A stretch of DNA of 64,000 nucleotides from Candidatus Omnitrophota bacterium. Its GTDB lineage: Bacteria > Omnitrophota > Omnitrophia > Omnitrophales > Aquincolibacteriaceae. Position numbers and translations under genes: made by a program. The notes under the pieces are model-generated. The model did not search any database. It saw only the letters and a list, made by a program, of their open reading frames with translations, and was not told where the DNA came from. The DNA lies in NCBI GenBank assembly GCA_041674705.1, contig JBAYVF010000002.1, positions 78,330-142,329 of the forward strand, read 5' to 3'. Below, piece after piece: positions 26,840-36,382 of the stretch (its first letter is position 1; each line of letters opens with the position of its first letter).

Positions 26840-27238
26840 CGGCGGCGTCAGCAGATTATTTTTGGCGAGCGTCCGGAAGGACTTGCGCAAGCCGGGACTA
26901 TTGACCAACGAATTCTAGAAAAGCATCAAACCTATCTCCGACGTCTCGAAAACTTCCCACTCAAAAAAGCGGCCTATTACCGGCAGCTTCAAGATTCGAC
27001 AGGGATCAAGAGCGTCCGAGGTCTCTCTGAGATCACGGGTGAGGATTGGTCCTACATTGCCAGAGTTCTCAAAACCCTCGAGCTTCCCGCGCCCATTCAG
27101 GATTTTTTGAATGCTCACAGGGAACCAGCTGCCGTAAAACATTTCAATCTTCGGCAGCTTTTAGAAATTGTTCGAGCTGGGAGCGAAGGCTGTCAATACT
27201 CTCGATTTCGGGAAATGCTTGAAAAAATGAAGCGTTGA
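26840..27238 (+). pseudogene. ParB/Spo0J-like gene remnant without a usable start codon
   Basis: The frame is open from at least 26720 to TGA 27236-27238 and encodes IIFGERPEGLAQAG (a degenerate GERRxRA box) and AAYYRQLQDSTGIKSVRGLSEITGEDWSYIARVLKTLELPAPIQDFL (ParB HTH). No in-frame ATG/GTG/TTG occurs before the last 12 codons, and the 5' part runs into the divergent CA-like gene. Confidence 0.45.
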
Positions 27239-27275
27239 CATCGAAGGGTTAAGTCAAAATCGTCGCAGACGATCA

Positions 27276-27303
27276 TTGACAGCCCACTTTTCTAGGTTAT
27301 AAT
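27276..27303 (+). promoter_or_regulatory. consensus sigma70-type promoter upstream of the CarD-like gene
   Basis: TTGACA (27276-27281), a 16-nt spacer, then TATAAT (27298-27303). Confidence 0.5.
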
Positions 27304-27386
27304 ATGTTTAAATGGTCATATAAGAATATGTGAAAATAGCTATATATCCTATGAGCTGTAACTTTCAGGACATCAGGAGGTGCGCA

Positions 27387-27986
27387 ATGCTTGACTTGGC
27401 TGACCGAAGAACCGAAAAGGCGAGAAAAGACCACGCGGCCGCTACCGAAGGATTACCGTTCCAGAGGGGCGACGTTCTTTATCATTCCGTTCATGGCCTT
27501 TGTGTGGTCAAAGGGGTCTTAGGGAAGCCAAGTGGTTCTGAAGGGATGAGCTATTGGATCGAGCCCTCCCGGCCCGGGAAGCACCTCGCGCGATATTTCG
27601 TAGATGTTGAGCAAGCGCATTTATCGGGTTTTCATCGGTTGATGACCGTTCAAGAAACAGAAGAGATCTTTGAGTCTTTTCGTCTCGGAAAAATGAATCC
27701 AGAAGAAAATCCGACCGGAGATCTATGCTCTCAACTCCGCATCATGGTACATGTCAATACACCGCAAGCGTTCGCAAAAATGCTCCTGAAATCCGTGTCA
27801 GAGAAGTCGGATAACACCCACGGAGAGGGTAAGCTTGTGAAGCGTGCCGCCGATGCATTATCCCAAGAAATAGCGTTGGTGTTGAAGGTTTCTCCCAAAA
27901 AAGCATGCTTGATGATCCGGAGGAATTTGCGGTCCCATCTTTCAGATCATTCTTGGGTCGACGATATTCTCACGCCCAAAGATTAA
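27387..27986 (+). CDS. CarD/CdnL-family RNA-polymerase-binding protein-like
   Basis: FQRGDVLYHSVHGLCVVKGV...YWIEP...VDVEQAHLSGFHRLMTVQETEEIFE resembles the CarD_CdnL_TRCF N-domain. AGGAGG (27375-27380) precedes the ATG at 27387. Confidence 0.45.
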   Translation: MLDLADRRTEKARKDHAAATEGLPFQRGDVLYHSVHGLCVVKGVLGKPSGSEGMSYWIEPSRPGKHLARYFVDVEQAHLSGFHRLMTVQETEEIFESFRLGKMNPEENPTGDLCSQLRIMVHVNTPQAFAKMLLKSVSEKSDNTHGEGKLVKRAADALSQEIALVLKVSPKKACLMIRRNLRSHLSDHSWVDDILTPKD

Positions 27987-27987
27987 A

Positions 27988-28767
27988 ATGAAAAAAAAGC
28001 TCGTAGGGAAATTAATCGCCCATGTGTTGGTCTTGGCTCCTGAGAAAGGTTCATTTCCCCACCTCCTTAAGATCGCAGTGCAATTCGCCGGGATATTCAA
28101 AGCTCGAGTAAGGCTACTCGAGTCTTTGAACTTTGCTTCCGAGAAACCCCGGATACCCGCGATCAAACCAGAAGAGACGGAGGCTTTTTATCGGGAATAC
28201 CTGGAGGCGCTAGCAGATAAAAAAGGGGTCGTGTGGGATGCGGTCATTTTTGGCGACTCATTGGAGAAAGCATTAAAAGAATTTTCTTCCGATGATCTTC
28301 TGGTGTTGCTGAAAGGTGATTCTTCATTTGATCTAAAAGAAGTTCTTCGTGAGGCACCCTGTCCAGTTCTTATCGTCCCTCAGGTTTTTACCGGCGATTT
28401 CAAAGAAGTTCTTTTGGCGCATGTTAACGGAAGGCCTAGCGACCGGGCGTTGGGGATTGCGGCTCTGTTGAATAAACAGGAAAAGGCTCATGTGAGAGTC
28501 CTCGCAACCGGAGCAGGTTCAGCGCTTCTCCTTAGGGCGGCTCAGTCCTGGGCGCAATATCTTTTTGAAACGTGGAACGCAAAAGCGGACTGCAAGATTT
28601 TACACGGCGATATGAAACAGATGCTTCTTCAGGAATGTGATTCGGGGAAAGCCGCTCTTTTGATCCTTGGCGCAAATGAATTGGAAGATTGGAGAGACCA
28701 TCGGTTCCGTCTCTTTTCGCATGCGATGGCGGAAGAAGCGAATTGTCCTGTTATGATGGTGAAATAA
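27988..28767 (+). CDS. tandem universal stress protein (UspA-family) domains
   Basis: Two half-repeats end in APCPVLIVPQ and ANCPVMMVK, typical Usp C-terminal strands. Confidence 0.5.
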   Translation: MKKKLVGKLIAHVLVLAPEKGSFPHLLKIAVQFAGIFKARVRLLESLNFASEKPRIPAIKPEETEAFYREYLEALADKKGVVWDAVIFGDSLEKALKEFSSDDLLVLLKGDSSFDLKEVLREAPCPVLIVPQVFTGDFKEVLLAHVNGRPSDRALGIAALLNKQEKAHVRVLATGAGSALLLRAAQSWAQYLFETWNAKADCKILHGDMKQMLLQECDSGKAALLILGANELEDWRDHRFRLFSHAMAEEANCPVMMVK

Positions 28768-28800
28768 AAACATTTTGAAGTGCGCTCGGAGGGTCCAGTG

Positions 28801-29292
28801 ATGAATATGAAAGTCTCGGATCTAATAAGCTCGGCGTCGATTTTGTTAAAGTTTGAAGCGAAAAACAAAAAAGATGTCCTAAGACAGCTAGCGGAAAAAT
28901 TCCATGAAGTTCATTCTGAGGTGGATCCGAAGCTTTTACTTTCGTCTCTGACGCACCGCGAAGGACTTGGCTCTACAGGGCTCGGAAACGGGATTGCAAT
29001 ACCTCATGCTAAGTCCGAACAGATTGCGAAGCCGAAGGGGTTTTTAGCGGTTTCTAAACAGGGGATCGATTTTCACGCGTTGGACGGGGAGCTTACCCAT
29101 GTTTTTTTTCTTATGGTCTATCCCCAGGAACCCGTGGGAGTTCACTTGGTGGCTCTGGCCAGTGTTGCGAGATTGTTGCGGGATGAATTTATCGTTGGAT
29201 TGATCCGGAAGTCAAAGACGTGCGGACAAGTCATTAAAATTATTGCCGAACAGGAATCGAGGCGGGCGGAACCGGTAGGTGTTGCATGTTGA
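28801..29292 (+). CDS. ptsN: PTS EIIA-Ntr (PtsN-like) regulatory protein
   Basis: REGLGSTGLGNGIAIPHAKSE phospho-His motif and LDGELTHVFFLMV. The ATG at 28801 after GGAGGG is preferred to the track GTG at 28780. Confidence 0.7.
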   Translation: MNMKVSDLISSASILLKFEAKNKKDVLRQLAEKFHEVHSEVDPKLLLSSLTHREGLGSTGLGNGIAIPHAKSEQIAKPKGFLAVSKQGIDFHALDGELTHVFFLMVYPQEPVGVHLVALASVARLLRDEFIVGLIRKSKTCGQVIKIIAEQESRRAEPVGVAC

Positions 29293-29332
29293 TCTTAAAT
29301 AAAGGCTGCTTTTAAAAACAGGGAGGTGTGAA

Positions 29333-29629
29333 GTGAGTATTGTAACGTCAAAAATTCGAACAACCACGAACGAACGCGCTGTGGAATTCCGGTTATTCGC
29401 GCCGCAGGCTAAAAGCGTCAATGTGTGCGGCACTTTTAATGAATGGCGTACCAATGCAGGCCGTATGACAAAAGATAATTCGGGTGTGTGGAAGGGTTCC
29501 GTCTCTTTGAGGCCCGGGAAGTATGAGTATCGATTTTTTGTGGATGGACAGTGGATCGATGATCCTCGCGCCCAAAAGACCGTGGCCAATAAGTTTGGTT
29601 CGAGGAATGCTGTTTTAGAAGTAAAATAA
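29333..29629 (+). CDS. stand-alone CBM48 / AMPK-beta glycogen-binding-domain protein
   Basis: VEFRLFAPQAKSVNVCGTFNEWRTNAGRMTKDNSGVWKGSVSLRPGKYEYRFFVDGQWIDDP, with a GTG start after GGGAGGTG. Confidence 0.65.
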   Translation: MSIVTSKIRTTTNERAVEFRLFAPQAKSVNVCGTFNEWRTNAGRMTKDNSGVWKGSVSLRPGKYEYRFFVDGQWIDDPRAQKTVANKFGSRNAVLEVK

Positions 29630-29696
29630 AGGATCTTTTTCCGGGCAGAGCTGCGATAGCTTAAAAACGCTCCTGAATGGAGGAACCCTGCACAGC

Positions 29697-29978
29697 ATGA
29701 AGATCCGTAAGCTCGCACAACCAAGTATTGGTAAGAGCATGAGGACTCTTTTGCTTTACCTTGGCGTTTTGTGCGCGACTTACTACCTGGCATATCCGTT
29801 TTTAGAGATCATGCAAGGAAAAGCTCCTTTAGATTCCTGGAAGCTTTTGTTGCACCTTTTTGCGATCTTGGCGGGAGCCGTCTGGTTCTTTCGACTGTTG
29901 ATCGATCTGTTTCGAACCAAAAGGCCTTTGAGTGATCGGTTCAAAAGTTTTTGGCGCGGGCCGGGATCGTGGAATTAA
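29697..29978 (+). CDS. small hypothetical membrane protein (2 TM)
   Basis: ORF with two hydrophobic helices and no recognisable motif. Confidence 0.3.
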   Translation: MKIRKLAQPSIGKSMRTLLLYLGVLCATYYLAYPFLEIMQGKAPLDSWKLLLHLFAILAGAVWFFRLLIDLFRTKRPLSDRFKSFWRGPGSWN

Positions 29979-30101
29979 AATGCTTTAGCGTGAGCGCATA
30001 GCGTATTTTGATTCTGTTGTTTTTATTGAAATTAAATAGCAGTACAAGGTTCTTCCGGTCTATTAAAGTCCTAAAACCCTAATTATAAGAAAGAGAGTGC
30101 T

Positions 30102-31766
30102 ATGTTTCGACCTAAATTAGCGACTTGCCTTAAGGATTATTCAAAGGATGTTTTTTTAAAAGATTGTATTGCGGGATTTGTTGTGGGAGTGGTCGCCATT
30201 CCTTTGGCGATTGCGTTCGCGATTGCCTCCGGCGTGTCTCCGGACAGGGGTCTTTTTACTGCGATCATTGCCGGTTTTCTCGTGTCGGTGCTTGGCGGAA
30301 GCCGCGTGCAGATCGGTGGACCGACCGGTGCTTTTGTGGTTATTGTGTATGGTGTTGTCCAGAAATATGGTATCGACGGTCTTGTTCTCGCTACATTGAT
30401 GGCTGGCATCCTGCTTGTGATCATGGGAGTTTCGAAACTCGGGACCGCAATTAAATTTATCCCTCATTCGGTGATCGTGGGGTTTACCAGCGGTATCGCG
30501 GTAGTCATTTTTTCATCGATGGTTAAAGATTTCCTGGGCTTGAGCATCGATAAAATGCCAGCAGAGTTCGTGGAAAAGTGGCACATGATCATCCAGCATC
30601 TTGGGACGGTGAATTATGCCGCGTTGATCCTGGGACTTGTCACGATTTTTATCATTGCCATGACTCCCAAGTTTTCAAAACGTGTCCCCGGAGCTCTTGT
30701 AGCCCTTGTGTCTGTCACCGTCATTGCGGCATTCTTTCACCTCCCCGTCGAGACGATCGGTAGCCGTTTTGGAGATCTGCCTCACGGATTACCGATGCCG
30801 CATTTTCCACTTCTTAGCCTTTCAAGGCTCCGGGAGCTTTTTCAACCCGCGGTAACGATTGCGCTCTTAGGAGCCATTGAATCATTGCTTTCCGCCGTGG
30901 TTGCGGACGGCATGATCGGTGCTAGGCATCGTCCCAATACCGAGCTCATCGGGCAGGGGATCGCCAACGTATGCTCCGCTCTTTTTGGCGGCATGCCAGC
31001 GACCGGTGCGATCGCCCGAACCGTAACCAATATTAAAAACGGCGGCAAAACGCCTGTTTCCGGCATCATTCATGCGATCACGGTGCTTCTCATCATGTTG
31101 TTCTTCGGGGCCTGGATTAAATTTGTGCCGCTGGCTTGTCTGGCAGGGATCCTGATCGTGGTGGCCTACTATATGAGCGAATGGCGGTCCTTTCGTGAGC
31201 TCCTCAAGGGATCTCGAGGCGGGAAGCTCGTTGTAGTTCTGACGTTTCTTCTAACAGTTTTTGTGGATCTTAACGTCGCTATTGAGGTTGGGGTGGTGCT
31301 GGCAGCATTTCTCTTTATGAAGCGCATGTCGGAGGTGACTGACGTTAAAATCTTTGCCAGGGAATATGAAGAAGATGAGAAAATGGAACGGGGAGAAGAC
31401 CTTCCCTTACCAGCTTTTTCACTTCCTTCGCGGGTGGAGGTTTACGAGATCAATGGCCCTCTTTTCTTTGGAGCCGCCAATAGCTTTGAAGAGGCTGAAA
31501 GGGAGGTTCATGAGAAACCCATGGTACGGATCCTGAGATTCCGGGACGTGCCTTTGATCGATTCGACAGGAATGCACGCTCTTAAAGGTTTTTACAATAA
31601 GAACAAGCGCGAAGGTATCCGTCTTGTGATCACAGGGCTTCATGTTCAGCCGCTCAACGAAATGGTCAAATCCAATCTTTATGACCTGGTCGGTGAGGAG
31701 AATGTGTTTGCGAGTATGCAAGAGTCGATCGCTCGCGCGGAAGTATTGTTGAAGGAAATGAAATAA
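30102..31766 (+). CDS. SulP-family anion transporter with a C-terminal STAS domain
   Basis: Polytopic N-domain (GxxxGIVAIPLAIAFA, GPTGAFVVIV) plus a STAS tail (VEVYEINGPLFFGAA...ILRFRDVPLIDSTG). Confidence 0.88.
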   Translation: MFRPKLATCLKDYSKDVFLKDCIAGFVVGVVAIPLAIAFAIASGVSPDRGLFTAIIAGFLVSVLGGSRVQIGGPTGAFVVIVYGVVQKYGIDGLVLATLMAGILLVIMGVSKLGTAIKFIPHSVIVGFTSGIAVVIFSSMVKDFLGLSIDKMPAEFVEKWHMIIQHLGTVNYAALILGLVTIFIIAMTPKFSKRVPGALVALVSVTVIAAFFHLPVETIGSRFGDLPHGLPMPHFPLLSLSRLRELFQPAVTIALLGAIESLLSAVVADGMIGARHRPNTELIGQGIANVCSALFGGMPATGAIARTVTNIKNGGKTPVSGIIHAITVLLIMLFFGAWIKFVPLACLAGILIVVAYYMSEWRSFRELLKGSRGGKLVVVLTFLLTVFVDLNVAIEVGVVLAAFLFMKRMSEVTDVKIFAREYEEDEKMERGEDLPLPAFSLPSRVEVYEINGPLFFGAANSFEEAEREVHEKPMVRILRFRDVPLIDSTGMHALKGFYNKNKREGIRLVITGLHVQPLNEMVKSNLYDLVGEENVFASMQESIARAEVLLKEMK

Positions 31767-31797
31767 ACTCAACGGAAGTTCAACGGAGAAAGTCCCT

Positions 31798-32133
31798 ATG
31801 AAAAAGATCGATGACATGGTATTCAAGATAAAGGCGGATTTTTTGAAAGCTTTGGCGCACCCGGCCCGTCTTCAAGTCATTGAGTATCTCAAGGACGGAG
31901 AAGCCAGCGTGGGGAAATTGGTGCAAGCACTCGGGATCGAGCAGTCCAGTTTATCGCGGCATTTGGCCACGCTTCGGGATCTCGGTGTTTTGTCGGCGCG
32001 TCAGGAAAAGACGAATGTTTACTACAACCTTCAGGATCATGATATTTTTAAAGTGTTGAGGCCGATCGCGGAACTTCTTCGAAAAAAGTTAAGAAGGAGT
32101 GAGAAAATTCTGGAAAGTCTCGGAGAGGATTAG
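31798..32133 (+). CDS. ArsR/SmtB-family transcriptional regulator
   Basis: LKALAHPARLQVIEYLKDGEASVGKLVQALGIEQSSLSRHLATLRDLGVL. Confidence 0.85.
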   Translation: MKKIDDMVFKIKADFLKALAHPARLQVIEYLKDGEASVGKLVQALGIEQSSLSRHLATLRDLGVLSARQEKTNVYYNLQDHDIFKVLRPIAELLRKKLRRSEKILESLGED

Positions 32134-32204
32134 GGAGTGACATGGCTATGCGAGACAGAAATAGAGCGTTTTTGAAACGCATCTTTTAGAAAGCGGGAAA
32201 TGGT

Positions 32205-32888
32205 ATGCAGTTGACTTTTCGTTCGATAGAAAAGGCTTTCGAGATTGAGGAAAAAACACTTTATCATTGGCTTAATGACCGAGGAATGCCGGCCGTCAAA
32301 GCTAATGGGCAGTATTTTTTTAATTCCGTGGAGGTTCTGGAATGGGCGCTGAAATATAAGATCCCTTTGACGCTCGGAGCCTTGAAGCTCTGCGAAAAGA
32401 ATCGTCTGGGGCAGGATATTCTAACCCCTGCTCTTATCCGTGGAGGGGTTCACTTTGGGATCAAAGGCAATCGTCGCGAGGAGATCTTTGGGGAAGTCTT
32501 GAACTCCTTGCCACTCCCGGGCCATATTGACCGTGCTTCTTTGAAAGAAATGCTTATTTCCCGTGAGCAGTCAGGTGCGACCGGTATCGGAAACGGTATT
32601 GCCATCCCGCATGTCAAACACCCCGTGATCTTCGCCGGCCTCGACCCCGTGGTAGGTCTTTTCTTCCTGGAAACTCCGGTGGATTTTGCTGCTCTTGACG
32701 GGGAACGGGTCCACACGCTCTTTGTGATATTGTCTGGCTCTTTTAAAGGACATTTGTCTCTCTTGTCACGGTTGGCATTTGGTCTGCAGAATGAAAGCGT
32801 GAAGGCTGCCTTGGCACGTCGCTCGAATCCTGAGGAGATCCTCGCGACATTCCAGGTCGCGGAAGCAAAAACTGCGCGGACTTCTTGA
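32205..32888 (+). CDS. fusion of an excisionase/MerR-type HTH with a PTS EIIA (type 2, Ntr-like) domain
   Basis: N-terminus EKTLYHWLNDRGMPAVKANGQYFFNSVEVLEWA. EIIA motif GATGIGNGIAIPHVKHP. The stop TGA (32886-32888) overlaps the ATG (32888) of the next gene. Confidence 0.75.
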   Translation: MQLTFRSIEKAFEIEEKTLYHWLNDRGMPAVKANGQYFFNSVEVLEWALKYKIPLTLGALKLCEKNRLGQDILTPALIRGGVHFGIKGNRREEIFGEVLNSLPLPGHIDRASLKEMLISREQSGATGIGNGIAIPHVKHPVIFAGLDPVVGLFFLETPVDFAALDGERVHTLFVILSGSFKGHLSLLSRLAFGLQNESVKAALARRSNPEEILATFQVAEAKTARTS

Positions 32889-34771
32889 TGGAATTCTTAC
32901 TCGGTGGGTCATGGCCGGTTCCATTCGGCGAGTTTTCACTTAAGCTTGATCCCCTGAGCTTCGTATTTCTTATCGCGATCACGATTCTTGTGTTGTGCTC
33001 TGGGGTCTACGGTCTTGGGTACATGCGCCCTTACCAAGGAAAGAAACCTTTGGGGTTTCATGTATTTTTTTATCTGATCTTTGCCCTAGCTCTTGTTCTT
33101 ATCGTCACGGCCAACAATGTGATTCTTTTCCTGGGGGCGTGGGAGGCCATGACCCTTTCGACGTTTTTTCTGATCATCTTCAACGATGAGAAGTCCGCCG
33201 TGCGTAAGGCGGGATTTATTTATCTGATTGCGTCCCATTGCGCGACGTTCTTTCTTTTTCTAATGTTCTTTCTAATGGCTCACGCTTCCGGATCGATGGA
33301 TTTCAATATCATGGCGCGGACGAATTTCTCGCCTCTTTTCGCGGGGGCGGTCTTCCTTCTGGCTTTGGCGGGTTTCGGTGTCAAGGCGGGGTTCATTCCA
33401 GTGCATATTTGGTTGCCCTATGCCCATCCGGTGGCGCCTTCCCATATCTCCGCGCTTTTGTCAGGGATCTCGATCAAGATGGGGATCTACGGGATCTGCC
33501 GCGTGCTATGGATCATGAAAGTCCTTCCGGCCTGGTGTGGGTACGTTCTTTTGATGATCGGCGCTATCTCCGGCCTTATGGGTGTTCTCTATGCTCTTGG
33601 ACAACACGAGTTGAAGAAGTTATTGGCTTATCACAGCGTTGAAAATATCGGCATTATTGCCTTGGGGCTCGGAGTGGGGGTCTTGGGTCGGAGTTATCAG
33701 ATTCCCTTTCTCGCGGTGCTTGGATTTGGCGGAGGCCTCCTGCATGTTCTGAACCACTCGCTTTTCAAAGGGCTTCTGTTTTTGGGAGCAGGTTCAGTCA
33801 TTCAAAAAACGCACTCCGGAGAGATGGATCATCTTGGAGGCTTGGCGAAGACTCTGCCGGTGACAAGCGTTCTTTTTATGGTGGGGGCGCTCTCGATCTG
33901 CGGTTTGCCGCTCTTTAACGGGTTCATCAGTGAATTCATTATCTATTTCGGACTTTTTCAGGGACTTTTCGGGCTTCCTGTGCACGGCGTAATCGCTTCC
34001 TCTATAGGGATCTTGTCCCTGGCTCTTATGGGGGCCCTCGCATTGGCCTGTTTTAGTAAAGTCTATGGGACTGTTTTCCTTGGCAAACCTCGTGAAGGTT
34101 TAAGAGGAGCCTCACATGCGCATCTAAAAATCGGGGAAGCGACATCCGCGAGAACCCCAGAGGAGCAAGGTCGCTGTCTTGAGGAGACGTCAAAATGGAT
34201 GCTTCTTCCCATGATGCTTCTGGCGGGATTATGTATCTGGATCGGGCTTGTTCCCCGAAGCGTGACCGGTTTGGTCTTTCTTGGCGGGGCTTACCTTACG
34301 CATGTGGATCTCTCAACGATCCCGATCGAACAGGTTCTCACGCCTTTAACGATGGTCATCCGGATGGCGTTTCTTTTTCTCTCACTCATCTTAGGATTAA
34401 TCGCTGTTCGTCGGCTACTCTTAGGGGCGGCGCCTATGCCGATCCGGGAGACGTGGAGCTGTGGTTTCGCGCAGGTCTCTTCGAGGTTTCAATACACGTC
34501 CGCGTCTTTTGCCCGACTGATCGTTAATCTGATGAAACGTACGCTGCTTTTCCGTCGCCATGGGGGAGAGGTCTCCGGAGCTTTCCCGGAGAAGACGCAC
34601 TTAGCTTCTTCTGTTCATGATGCTTCTGAAGAGTTGGTTTTTGCGCCCGGCCTTGCTTTTCTGAATGATTTGTCTAAAAAACTGGGCCATAGCCGTATTC
34701 GTCACATCCAGCTTTACTTAATGTACATTCTGCTGTTTCTCGTGTTTTTACTCGTTTGGAAATTAAAATAA
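32888..34771 (+). CDS. NuoL/HyfB/MnhA-like antiporter-type membrane subunit
   Basis: Polytopic, with WLPYAHPVAPSHISALLSG, LLAYHSVENIGII and HSLFKGLLFLGAGSV motifs. Confidence 0.85.
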   Translation: MEFLLGGSWPVPFGEFSLKLDPLSFVFLIAITILVLCSGVYGLGYMRPYQGKKPLGFHVFFYLIFALALVLIVTANNVILFLGAWEAMTLSTFFLIIFNDEKSAVRKAGFIYLIASHCATFFLFLMFFLMAHASGSMDFNIMARTNFSPLFAGAVFLLALAGFGVKAGFIPVHIWLPYAHPVAPSHISALLSGISIKMGIYGICRVLWIMKVLPAWCGYVLLMIGAISGLMGVLYALGQHELKKLLAYHSVENIGIIALGLGVGVLGRSYQIPFLAVLGFGGGLLHVLNHSLFKGLLFLGAGSVIQKTHSGEMDHLGGLAKTLPVTSVLFMVGALSICGLPLFNGFISEFIIYFGLFQGLFGLPVHGVIASSIGILSLALMGALALACFSKVYGTVFLGKPREGLRGASHAHLKIGEATSARTPEEQGRCLEETSKWMLLPMMLLAGLCIWIGLVPRSVTGLVFLGGAYLTHVDLSTIPIEQVLTPLTMVIRMAFLFLSLILGLIAVRRLLLGAAPMPIRETWSCGFAQVSSRFQYTSASFARLIVNLMKRTLLFRRHGGEVSGAFPEKTHLASSVHDASEELVFAPGLAFLNDLSKKLGHSRIRHIQLYLMYILLFLVFLLVWKLK

Positions 34772-34789
34772 CAAAAAAAGAGGCGGCTT

Positions 34790-35725
34790 GTGAGTTCTGT
34801 TCTGAGTATGGCGTTTCCAATATTGTCTCACTGGCTGATCGTTTGTTTTCTTTCGCCGCTTTTTCTCGGGGTGATCGCCAAGGTTAAAGCTTTTTTCTCC
34901 GGAAAAGTGGGTCCGTCGGTATTTCAGCCCTATTTTGATCTGGCAAAACTTTTTCGTAAGAAGTGCGTTTACAGTTCTACCGTGACATGGATCTTCCGTG
35001 CGGCTCCGGTTGTGATTCTCGCCGTCATGTTGGTTTTGGCGCTCTTAGTGCCCTTTGGTAGATTCAAAGCGCCGGTGCAATTTTCGGGCGATATCCTTTT
35101 GGCGGTCTATCTCTTGGCTTTGGGCAGGTTCTTTATGATCCTAGCTGCCCTGGACACGGGGTCCAGTTTCGAGGGGATGGGGGCGAGTCGTGAAGCGTAT
35201 TTTTCGTGTTTATCCGAATTGGCGATGTTTATGAACTTTATCACGCTCGCTTTGCTCGCCAAGAGCATTTCTCTTTCTCAAATGGTCGGGGCGCATATTC
35301 CTATGACCTGGGGCGGCCTGGAACCGGCATTGCTTTTGGTCGTGGCGAGTTTTTTTATTGTGCTCTTGGCGGAAAACTGTCGCATTCCGGTGGACGATCC
35401 TGAGACGCATCTGGAGCTTACCATGATCCACGAAGTGATGATCCTGGATCACAGCGGCGTTGATCTAGCCTACATGCTTTATGCTGCGGCGATGAAATTA
35501 TTTATTTTCTCGGGGCTTCTGGTTTCTATCATCATCCCGGTTCGGACCGGAGATCATTGGACGGATATGGCGATCTTCTTCGGGGCGATGTTGGGACTAG
35601 CCGTTCTCATAGGAATCGTAGAATCCACCATGGCCCGTCTTCGGCTGAATCGCGTGCGGCTTTTATTATTGATCTCGTTCGCGTTGGCTTTCTTTGGTCT
35701 CATCGTCACTTTGTGGAGGGCGTAG
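34790..35725 (+). CDS. NuoH/HycD/HyfC-like membrane subunit
   Basis: LLAENCRIPVDDPETHLELTMIHEVMILDHSG corresponds to the AExNRxPFD...E loop of HycD/NuoH. Confidence 0.8.
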   Translation: MSSVLSMAFPILSHWLIVCFLSPLFLGVIAKVKAFFSGKVGPSVFQPYFDLAKLFRKKCVYSSTVTWIFRAAPVVILAVMLVLALLVPFGRFKAPVQFSGDILLAVYLLALGRFFMILAALDTGSSFEGMGASREAYFSCLSELAMFMNFITLALLAKSISLSQMVGAHIPMTWGGLEPALLLVVASFFIVLLAENCRIPVDDPETHLELTMIHEVMILDHSGVDLAYMLYAAAMKLFIFSGLLVSIIIPVRTGDHWTDMAIFFGAMLGLAVLIGIVESTMARLRLNRVRLLLLISFALAFFGLIVTLWRA

Positions 35726-35728
35726 GGT

Positions 35729-36382
35729 ATGATGTCCTGGATCGATGTGAGCTGTATTTTGGCCGTGTTCCTGGCGTTGACCATCCTGGCAACCCATCGC
35801 ATCGTGGGAATGATCAAGATCATTGCTTTGCAGTCGTTCCTCTTGAGCTTTGTCCCCTTATTCTTACACGCGGAAGCCATTTCAGGCCGCGATATCATGC
35901 TTTCAGGCGGAACCATGGTCCTCAAGGCCGTGTTGGTGCCTGCCATTTTATTCTGGACGATCCGGCACATTTCCATGCGGTCTGAGATCAAGCCCATTAT
36001 CGGGCTTGGGACCTCGATCCTCTGCGGGGCAGTCTTGATCGCCGTTGCTTTCTGGATCTCTTTGTCACTTCGTTTGCCGGGGAAATTCGAGTCGAGTCTG
36101 GTGCTGCCGTGTTCTCTCGCGACCATGCTTTTGGGTTTCATGATCATGGTGACCCGAACCCGCGCTATTACCCAGGTGTTGGGCTATTTGGTGATCGAGA
36201 ACGGGATCTTTCTTTTCGCGAGTTCTTTATACGATGCGATGCCGATGCTCATTGAAATGGGTATTCTGCTGGATATTTTTGTCGCGGTTTTCATCATGGC
36301 TATCGTCCTGAATCACATCAATGAAGAATTTGAACGGACCCGGAGCCCCGTACACCGGCCTAAATGGGGAGAGAGCCAGTGA
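35729..36382 (+). CDS. HyfE/HycP-like small membrane subunit
   Basis: 217 aa. The ITQVLGYLVIENGIFLFA motif is typical of HyfE. Confidence 0.7.
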   Translation: MMSWIDVSCILAVFLALTILATHRIVGMIKIIALQSFLLSFVPLFLHAEAISGRDIMLSGGTMVLKAVLVPAILFWTIRHISMRSEIKPIIGLGTSILCGAVLIAVAFWISLSLRLPGKFESSLVLPCSLATMLLGFMIMVTRTRAITQVLGYLVIENGIFLFASSLYDAMPMLIEMGILLDIFVAVFIMAIVLNHINEEFERTRSPVHRPKWGESQ

